Assembly: GCA_000388065.2 (NCBI GenBank)
Contig: KB932203.1
Source: Fonticula alba ATCC 38817
Taxonomy: Eukaryota; Protista; Nucleariida
DNA length: 5,694 bases
Direction: 5' to 3' (one strand)
In this document: positions 1 to 5,694 of the stretch, in pieces
Position numbering within the stretch: the first letter of the stretch is position 1
Layout of the letters: every line of letters starts with the position of its first letter
The notes under the pieces: generated by a model
What the model saw: the letters and a program-made list of their open reading frames with translations, nothing else
Database searches by the model: none
Told to the model about the DNA's origin: nothing
Position numbers and translations under genes: made by a program

Positions 1-22
1 GGGGGGGGGGGGGGGGGGGGGG
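1..22 (+). repeat. Poly-G homopolymer (G22), probably intronic poly-C of the minus-strand gene
   Basis: Read directly. Similar runs occur at 1856-1875, 4272-4283, 4718-4729 and 4945-4960. Confidence 0.95.
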
Positions 23-101
23 CAGGCCAGGTGAGCCAGATGGCCGGGCAAAAGGGCGAGAGGAACTTGACAAGAGGCAGGGGACCGCCATGCATGCGCA
101 C

Positions 102-1046
102 CATTGATGATGACGAAGAGGAGCTCATCAAACTGCTGGCGGAAGGGCGACCCGGCTGGCATGGAGAGGCCCAGGGCCAGGACGCTCGACAGGGCGGGAA
201 GCGGCCCGGAGCCTCCAGAGGCCTGGGTGTCAGCGTCGACCGTCAGAATTCGGTCCACCTGGAGGCGGAGCTTCAGGGCGAAGAGGGCGACAGCAGCCAA
301 GAGCAGCTCCACGCCCAGCACCGCCGAAAGGGGGGCCAGATTGGTGCCGAGGCCGGGATTCTGGCCGAGCGCCGCCCGCAGGGCGGACACCTGCCGAGCA
401 GACACCGGCTTGTCGGAGACACCACCTCCCGGCTGAGAGACGCCACCGGAGACGAGGGCCAGGCCTCGATTCCGAGCGAGCAGCACGGCCGCCTCGGCAT
501 TGGCAAGGAGCTGGTCCACGTCGGTCGGTGTGAGGCCGGTCGCGTCAAATAGGCTTGCCGGCTGCCCGGCCGACCGATGCCCGGTCTTCTCGGCCGCGGC
601 GAACTCCTGCACCAGCGACTCGGTGGACACCAGCAGCGGGAGGAGGACCTCAAGGGCGCGCTGTGCGCAGCCAAGACGCTTTGCACCCCGGGCCAGAGCC
701 ATCTGGAGGGGCTGGGCCTCGGCCCCGGACGCAGGGGAAGCCGCCACGAGGGCAGCCACGCCGGCCAAGGTCAGCCTGGCGTTGGGAGGGGCCTGGCGAC
801 CCGCCACGTCCAGGTCCTCGGGGTAGCCGGCTGCCAGGGACCGGAAGGCCAGTCGCGGCAGGCCCCCCTGAAGGAGGATCGTCAGGAGATCCGGGTCACC
901 GGTGGCAGCCAAGCTACTGAAGGTCGGGAAGAACAAATCAAAAAGGGACGTTGGAAGGTGGCTGCCCTCGGACAAGGACAGTCGGTCAAGGCCGATGACC
1001 AGGCCCGCATGGGAGGCGCTACCCCGGTCGGAGGTGGCCGAGTCAC

Positions 1047-1081
<35 letters not shown>

Positions 1082-1805
1082 AAATCCGAAAGACGCAGGA
1101 GCAGAGGAAAGAGAACCGCCGCGCGGACGGCCAGCGGCCGGGCCAGGTCGGAGCCGGTCATGATCTCGGCAAAGGAGTAGCCCCCGTCGGCCGGGTCGGC
1201 GGCATCGGACCCGGCCCCGGCGCTGGCAGCCCGATTGGAGACATCCTGCACCGGGTAGAGGTCCGTGTCCTCGAGGGTGTCCTGCGACAGCCAAGACCCA
1301 AGCACTCGGAGATAGGCCACCACCAGCGGGCGGCGAAGGTGCCGAACACACTCGGCATCGGGGATCCCCTCGGGCAGGTGCCCGGCTGCCGGGTCTTCCG
1401 GGACCGGCACCGAGTTGGAGCCACTGGGGGACAGGACAATGGGCCCGGCCTTGCCCCCGCCGCCGAGGGTCGGCAACAGCGACAGGCCCGGATTGAACAG
1501 GGCCAGCAGGGCATCCGCCACCGAGGCCTCGATCGTGTCGCGAGCCGTCTTTACCAGGCTGACAAGACGCCCGGCGCCGAGGAGAACATCCAAGCGGAAA
1601 GGATTCGGCCGGCCCGGCGAGTGGGCTCCCTCCTCGGTGAAGGCCTCGCCCAGGCCAAGGGCCAGGAGCTCGAGCGCGGCGAAGAAAACCGGCACAAGGC
1701 GCTGTGAGACTCGACTTCCAGATGGCAGGGCCGACGCCGGGTGGTCCACCAGGAGCTTTGTTTCGATCGACAGCAGGTGCAGGCTGGCCACCGTAAAATC
1801 CGCAT
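102..1805 (-). CDS. NCDN: Large internal exon (568 codons, phase 1-1) of a neurochondrin-like (ARM/HEAT-type helical) protein; gene partial at both ends
   Basis: Manual translation of the minus frame sharing codon boundaries with + frame 1 shows no stop from about 1860 to position 1, which is why the ORF track omits it. Acceptor: gctgac branch-like site, then ...tttgctcgcttgcAG| (AG at 1807-1806). Putative donor: aatg|GTGCGC (GT at 101-100). Six collinear blocks resemble human neurochondrin as I remember it: DFTVASLHLLSIETKLLVDH ~ FLALLVNLACVEVRLALEE; LVPVFFAALELL ~ VVTACYALMELG; LVSLVKTARDTIEASV ~ LVSVMKEAIGAV; RPLVVAYLRVLGSWLSQDT (1332-1276) ~ EPFVFASVRILGAWLAEET; VRAAVLFPLLLRL ~ LRKEVCQLLPFLVRY; LFDLFFPTFSSLAATGDPDLLTILLQGGLPRL ~ [31 protein letters not shown]. 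Coding status is near certain. The family call is from memory. Confidence 0.7.
1048..1080 (-). repeat. (CAG)11 pure trinucleotide repeat encoding polyglutamine Q11
   Basis: Eleven ctg triplets on + at 1048-1080, in frame with the minus-strand exon (...LRLSDL-Q11-GDSATSD...). Confidence 0.95.
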
Positions 1806-1875
1806 CTGCAAGCGAGCAAAAGCCGGACGGGTCGTCAGCACACGCACACGGACTTGGGGGGGGGGGGGGGGGGGG

Positions 1876-1945
1876 NNNNNNNNNNNNNNNNNNNNNNNNN
1901 NNNNNNNNNNNNNNNNNNNNNNNNNNNNNNNNNNNNNNNNNNNNN
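1876..1945. other. Assembly gap (70 N) flanked by poly-G runs
   Basis: N run at 1876-1945, with G20 at 1856-1875 and a G-rich run at 1946-1967. Confidence 0.99.
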
Positions 1946-1995
1946 GGGGGGGGCGGGGGCGGGGGGGAAGGACGACCCTCTAACTCCATGTCCAG

Positions 1996-2077
1996 CGCCC
2001 TGAATGAGCAGGACCCGGTGACGCGTATCGCCTGGGTGGCGACGTTCGTACTCTCCGGCTTTCACATTCGTCCGGAT
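1996..2077 (+). CDS. OSBP-related protein (ORP5/ORP8/Osh6-7-like), first visible exon; upstream exon(s) missing
   Basis: CTAAC branch site at 1979-1983, tccAG| acceptor at 1994-1995, donor gat|GTGCGT at 2078. Translation ALNEQDPVTRIAWVATFVLSGFHIRPD matches the ORD 'DP.eR...V...lSGF' helix that precedes KKPYNP. Confidence 0.85.
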
Positions 2078-2237
2078 GTGCGTCTTTTGCATGGGGATCG
2101 AGAGAGAGAGAGAGAGAGGGAGGGGGGGAGAGAGAGAAAGAAAGAGGAAAGAAGAGAAAAGGACGGAAAAAAACCAGACAGCGCCGCGCCTCGCCGCTGT
2201 CGGTGCCAGAATACTGTGCTCACCCCCGCTCCAACAG
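2078..2237 (+). other. Spliceosomal intron (160 nt, phase 0) with a GA/purine-rich microsatellite
   Basis: GTGCGT...gctcac...caacAG. Removing it joins SGFHIRPD to SPKKPYNP in frame. (GA)n and G runs span about 2099-2170. Confidence 0.88.
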
Positions 2238-2492
2238 TCCCCGAAGAAGCCCTACAACCCGGTGCTCGGGGAGTTTTACCGATGCCAGTGGAAGCTCGAT
2301 TGCGGGGCCAGGGCTTTCTTCCTTTCCGAGCAAGTCAGCCATCATCCCCCAGCCAGCGCCTATTTCTACTCCATTCCGCGGTATAACATCTCCATTGAGG
2401 GGGTGGTTGGGCCGAAGTCCAAGTTTCTCGGCAACTCCGCCACCTCCATCATGAATGGCTTTTCCAGGGTCACGCTCGGCCGACGTGGGGAG
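2238..2492 (+). CDS. OSBP-related protein, exon carrying the ORD signature motifs
   Basis: Acceptor caacAG| at 2236-2237, donor gag|GTACGC at 2493, 85 codons. Contains KKPYNPVLGE, the OSBP fingerprint EQVSHHPP, and KSKFLGNS. These resemble ORP8 KKPYNPILGE...EQVSHHPP...KSKFYGNS. Confidence 0.96.
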
Positions 2493-2843
2493 GTACGCCA
2501 AGGGGGCGCCATTTCCAGGGGAACACTCGACCCGGGAAACTTGGGCGCCATTGTCAGGCAGGAACGGTGGCCCATACGGTCCCCCGGGGGACCGTATGTC
2601 GGGGCCATTGTGCATGGGCGCTCCCTTCCACACCACACTGGGATGCTGGTGGATTGCCCACAACCCCATGTCTTTGCGCATGGCTGTCGGGAGGCATGCG
2701 TGTGGGAAGACCCATCAGAGAGCACAAACACACACACACACACACGCACACGGGCACACGGACATGCAAAGACACATGCTCACCCACATACACTCCCCCC
2801 CCCCCACCCATGCGACCATTCCGATTGGCCGGCTGCCGCACAG
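2493..2843 (+). other. Spliceosomal intron (351 nt, phase 0) with a palindrome, (AC)9 and a C11 run
   Basis: GTACGC...gcacAG. Removing it joins RRGE to TYLAS, as expected from ORP8 RGE-DYVMT. (AC)9 at 2728-2745, C11 at 2795-2805. Confidence 0.9.
2573..2598. repeat. Perfect 26-bp palindrome CATACGGTCCCCC|GGGGGACCGTATG
   Basis: Read directly from the sequence. It also shows in the ORF track as YGPPGDRM on both strands. Confidence 0.97.
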
Positions 2844-3158
2844 ACGTATCTCGCGTCGCTGCCGAACTACTATGTCCGTGGCCTGCTCATTGGGCAACTG
2901 AGCATGGAGCTCTGCGACGATGCGTATGTCATCTGCCCGGAGACTCGCCTGGCAACGGAGGTCCGCTTTCGCGCGAAGCCCCTCTTCGGAGGCACGCCCG
3001 GACGCATCGACGGAACCATCGGCCGGATAGTCCACTACCAGCCGCCCGAAGCCCTGACAGATATCAGCTTCGTCCTAAACAAGGAAGCGCGCATTGTTTC
3101 GACCGAAGCGCGCATCGGCGGCCGCTGGGACCGGGCCTTTTCGGTCACCTTCAAGAAT
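2844..3158 (+). CDS. OSBP-related protein, beta-barrel exon
   Basis: Acceptor gcacAG| at 2842-2843, donor aat|GTGCGG at 3159, 105 codons. TYLASLPNYYVRGLLIGQLSMEL...FRAKPLFGG...GRWD is collinear with ORP5/8 DYVMTMPYAHCKGILYGTMTLEL...FKLKPFLG...GHWD. Confidence 0.92.
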
Positions 3159-3289
3159 GTGCGGTCGAGCTGGCATCGCCAACCACTCGCACACCACATG
3201 CCCAAACATCGAGAAGGCCACAGCCCAAGTGCTTGACTAACGACATCCGGCGGCCGGCCGGCCGGCCGGCCGGCCCACCGGCAACACAG
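3159..3289 (+). other. Spliceosomal intron (131 nt, phase 0) with a (CGGC)6 repeat
   Basis: GTGCGG...GACTAAC...acacAG. It explains the frame switch between ORF 2076..3236 and ORF 2567..4018. Confidence 0.88.
3251..3274. repeat. (CGGC)6 self-complementary tetranucleotide repeat
   Basis: cggccggccggccggccggccggc read directly from the sequence. Confidence 0.95.
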
Positions 3290-4018
3290 CCCTCATGCGG
3301 GGTGCCCATTCGCTTCGACAGTGCCATCGAGCCCCTGGCCCGGAAGGCGGTGCCCGCCCCGGCCGAGCAGCATCCCTACGAGTCCCAGAGGATTTGGCAG
3401 CACCTGACCCGGGCCCTGCAAGAGGGGGACTTCACCGCGGCCGAGGAGGCAAAGGCACTGGTGGAAAACCACCAGCGCGACCTACGCGTCGCACGCACGG
3501 CCCAAGCCAGCGAGATCCGCCGCACGGAGCAGCAGGCCCAGTCGGACCCCCAGGTCAATGGCAATCCGCCGGTGGCCTCCTCCGGGGACATGTCGGCCCC
3601 GGTGGCACGCACACGCACCGAAGTCGGCCGCCCTCCAACCCCGGAGGATGACGCCCAGCGGACGAATGGCGACGCGGAGCCCGGGGCTGCTGCCGACTTG
3701 CGGCCCCTGCTGGAAGCCCGGGAGCTTTGGCTGCCACGCTTTTTTGAGGGGAGCCTGGCCGAGGGATATCGGCTGCGGGAGTCCCTGCGAAGGGAGTACG
3801 ACGCGGCTGCCGGTCTGGAGGACGACCAGCTGACCGACTCGCCGTCACGACAGGAGCTCCATTGGGCTCGGTCGCTGGAGGCCGCGGTATCCGGCGACTT
3901 GATTCCCGACACCCACACCGCCGAGGGGTATGACCCGAAGTTGCTGCAGGCCCTCGACCGCATGCGAGATGAGCGCCTGATGCTGCCGGTCGATCGCGAA
4001 GAAATGGCCCGCCGGTAA
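3290..4018 (+). CDS. OSBP-related protein, terminal exon (242 aa + TAA)
   Basis: Branch GACTAAC at 3235-3241 and caacacAG| acceptor at 3288-3289, with the phase matching the upstream donor. EQHPYESQRIWQHLTRAL...AEEAKALVENHQR retains the K-x3-E-x3-R PI4P-binding pattern (Osh4 K336/E340/R344). WLPRFF is the terminal ORD motif. Stop TAA at 4016-4018. Confidence 0.92.
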   Translation, partial: PSCGVPIRFDSAIEPLARKAVPAPAEQHPYESQRIWQHLTRALQEGDFTAAEEAKALVENHQRDLRVARTAQASEIRRTEQQAQSDPQVNGNPPVASSGDMSAPVARTRTEVGRPPTPEDDAQRTNGDAEPGAAADLRPLLEARELWLPRFFEGSLAEGYRLRESLRREYDAAAGLEDDQLTDSPSRQELHWARSLEAAVSGDLIPDTHTAEGYDPKLLQALDRMRDERLMLPVDREEMARR

Positions 4019-4343
4019 GAAACCCCCAATGGTGGGAGGCCTCGCCCATGTCTGGTCGCCGGGCCCCGGCGTCCCGGCTAATCGCCCTTGGCTGGCGCTC
4101 GAGCTTGGCGGCGCGCAAGCAGACCGGAGAATGGACACTCTGCCGGATGGTCGGGGAGCCCCGTCCCAAGGGAGGCATACGAACCTCGATGGCTGGATAT
4201 GTATGTGGACGAGCGTGTATTGCAATGTGACTGCGGACCGTGCCAGGGATCCATGGGAGGAAGGGAGGGGAGGGGGGGGGGGGCGGAGGGAGGACATACC
4301 GAGGCCACGGGCACATCTTTCCGACATTGCGGCAGAGGGAAAT

Positions 4344-4510
4344 TCAGGACATCCGCTCCAAGGCCATGAGCGTGGCCCGATCGACATCAGGCGAGGGGCT
4401 GGACTTGTCGGTGAGACGCTGCGCCAGCTGGTCCCGGGCCTCGGCAGTCCAGCCATCGAAGGCTCCGGTGGACCGGAGTCCCGGCCAGGCCAATTGAATT
4501 TGAAGGAGGG
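4344..4510 (-). CDS. Possible orphan terminal coding exon (LLQIQLAWPGLRSTGAFDGWTAEARDQLAQRLTDKSSPSPDVDRATLMALERMS*)
   Basis: Acceptor-like catgaccgcacacAG| (AG at 4512-4511). Third codon positions are strongly G/C, the peptide has a balanced helical composition, and the + frame sharing the wobble position is an S/R-rich shadow. No convincing upstream exon or start codon was found. Confidence 0.3.
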
Positions 4511-4992
4511 CTGTGTGCGGTCATGGGAAACGGGGGGCGACCGCGGGGACCCAGACCGTAGGTCCTGGCGAGGAGGCTCAAATCGGCAGCCTCGCCGCAC
4601 GGCGAAGAAAAGTGCGCCCCGGGCACCCCGGGGGACCTCTCCCCGGACCCGTGTCGTGGAGAGCCCCAGACCGCCCCCCCCCCCTCCCCCCATGGGGAGT
4701 AGGGGAGTAGGGGAGGCGGGGGGGGGGGGCCACGAACACAGACGGCGCATTTTCCCGGCTGCCGGCCCCGAGGGGATGATCACGTATCGCGAATCACACG
4801 GACAGATCCGCCACCCGCCGATCAGGAGACCACTCTCTTTTCTTGTCCATTGCGGGTATATTTCCGGGCTGCGTGGGGAGCGCACGGTCGCGAGCCCGGC
4901 ATACAGGCGACCCTCCCTGCGCCTACCTTCGATCCCCACCGCGCGGGGGGGGGGGGGGGGACAACATGGGGGCAGCACATGATGGGGGTTTG

Positions 4993-5317
4993 TCAGTTTA
5001 AGGGGGAGAGGCGGCTCTTCTCAAAGGCCTGAAGGTTGATCCGCTCGCGGCTCCGGCGGAGATTCTGCAGAATGGCACTGCGCGGAGGGGAGAACTTCCA
5101 CTCGCGCATGCTCGGATTGATTGTCACACTGGGGGTGGGCTGATTGGCCTCAGCGGTTGTGTCTAAGAGCAGTCGAGCCAAGCGGAAGCTGGTCGCAATG
5201 GGCTGAGTGGAGCAGCTCCTTTCGAAGGGCAGGTATTTCACCTTTTGCAAGGCTTCCGGAGAATCGTCACCGAGGATGCGAAGAGCCCGTTCGCACTCAT
5301 AGCGGAACAGGTTAAAT
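4993..5317 (-). CDS. Terminal exon of a probable non-canonical poly(A) polymerase / terminal nucleotidyltransferase (Cid1/Trf4/TENT family)
   Basis: Acceptor tttgtttcttcttcAG| at 5319-5318, phase 2. The frame FNLFRYECERALRILGDD...RLSPLN ends at TGA (4995-4993). FRYECERALRIL fits the helix after the nucleotide-recognition motif (Cid1 RIRGEFMAASRLL, from memory). Confidence 0.6.
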
Positions 5318-5459
5318 CTGAAGAAGAAACAAACACGGACAGCGTGAGAGGGTGGAATACAACATGAGAGGAGGCAATCGCGTCTCCCAGCAAGTACAAC
5401 CTCCCCGGTCCCAAGACCAACTCTTGAGTGGCATAGTCAGGGCATGAGCTGGAACGTAC
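5318..5459 (-). other. Spliceosomal intron (142 nt, phase 2)
   Basis: GTACGT...polypyrimidine...ttcAG. Splicing gives the continuous reading HFRAS-T-FNLFRYE. Confidence 0.78.
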
Positions 5460-5581
5460 GTGCTGGCCCTGAAGTGCATCGTCACATTACGCCGCTTGAC
5501 GAATGGATCCTGAAGAATCATCAAATCGGCATTCCGATCGACAATGAACTCACGAAGGAGGCTGAGATCGTACGGCGTCGA
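5460..5581 (-). CDS. Penultimate exon of the probable terminal nucleotidyltransferase (PAP-associated domain with nucleotide-recognition motif)
   Basis: Acceptor ttcttttgcaacAG| at 5583-5582, donor ac|GTACGT at 5459. This is the only open frame: STPYDLSLLREFIVDRNADLMILQDPFVKRRNVTMHFRAS. ILQDPFxxxxNVT matches the PAP-associated motif (Cid1 AIEDPFEISHNVG; mtPAP IQNPFETSLNIS, from memory). The catalytic domain would lie beyond the window. Confidence 0.6.
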
Positions 5582-5610
5582 CTGTTGCAAAAGAACAAGG
5601 GAGGTAGCAA

Positions 5611-5694
5611 AGGGAGAGAGAGGGTGAGAGTGAGAGGGAGGGAGGGAGGGAGAGAGAGGGTGAGAGAGGGAGGGAGGGAGGGAGGGAGGGAGGG
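5611..5694 (+). repeat. Purine-rich GA/(GGGA)n tract; intronic polypyrimidine on the minus strand; G-quadruplex-competent on plus
   Basis: Seven GGG tracts with single-A loops at 5668-5694, plus GA repeats upstream. Confidence 0.9.

Noticed and set aside
31-1707. Plus-strand ORFs 31..552 (173 aa) and 577..1707 (376 aa, with a poly-Leu run resembling a TM or signal segment)
   Set aside because: These are exact antisense shadows of the minus-strand exon. The poly-Leu is the reverse complement of (CAG)11.
1988-1990. ATG as the ORP start (MSSALNEQ...)
   Set aside because: It lies between a CTAAC branch site and a CAG acceptor, and the protein would lack the conserved N-terminal lid region of the ORD.
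1415-2386. 323-aa ORF spanning the N gap
   Set aside because: An artefact of translating through Ns. It joins antisense sequence, one real ORP exon and intron sequence.
2500-2620. CRISPR array, snoRNA or tRNA in the structured intron segment
   Set aside because: No regular repeat-spacer periodicity, no C/D or H/ACA boxes and no cloverleaf, and the context is eukaryotic.
3728-3810. FFAT-like motifs (RFFEGSL, REYDAAA) in the ORP tail
   Set aside because: Poor match to EFFDAxE. WLPRFF is the ordinary terminal ORD motif.
2076-4018. Overlapping ORFs 2076..3236 and 2567..4018 as two genes or a programmed frameshift
   Set aside because: Fully explained by canonical GT-AG introns restoring one continuous ORD. 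The His/Thr-rich stretches are translated (AC)n microsatellite.
4566-4583. DLSLL peptide shared by the orphan frame and the nucleotidyltransferase exon (about 5550-5570)
   Set aside because: Only 5 aa with differing codons and no flanking similarity, so most likely chance.
3845-4982. Long ORFs 3845..4978 (-) and 4029..4982 (+)
   Set aside because: Low-complexity R/G/P-rich translations running through poly-G/C tracts, with no recognisable domain. Long stop-free frames are common at this GC content.
4020-4991. Intergenic interval annotated as a DNA transposon
   Set aside because: Only 9-bp inverted ends, no target-site duplication and no transposase ORF. Kept only as a hypothesis under findings.
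4993-5581. Lower GC of the nucleotidyltransferase exons (roughly 52-60% on most sampled lines versus about 70% for the left gene) as evidence of horizontal transfer
   Set aside because: The gene has host-style introns and belongs to a eukaryotic family. The difference is modest and within normal gene-to-gene variation.

Overview
GC-rich, intron-containing eukaryotic genomic DNA. A protist such as Fonticula is a possibility, but this is a guess from style only. The window has a 70-N scaffold gap at 1876-1945. Most ORFs in the supplied track are antisense shadows or intron read-throughs. Manual translation and splice-site reading support three partial genes. (1) A 1704-nt minus-strand exon (1805->102), missed by the ORF track, encoding 568 aa of a neurochondrin-like helical protein with a Q11 tract. 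(2) Four plus-strand exons (1996-2077, 2238-2492, 2844-3158, 3290-4018) of an oxysterol-binding-protein-related lipid transfer protein of the ORP5/ORP8/Osh6-7 type, with the 5' end missing. (3) The last two minus-strand exons (5581->5460, 5317->4993) of a probable non-canonical poly(A) polymerase/terminal nucleotidyltransferase. No prokaryotic features, CRISPR array, RNA gene or clear mobile element were found. I found no convincing new biological system. The best leads are an Arg at the Cid1-His336-equivalent nucleotide-recognition position, a perfect 26-bp intronic palindrome, an identical 9-mer right after both convergent stop codons, and a possible orphan exon. All family assignments come from remembered motifs, not from database searches.
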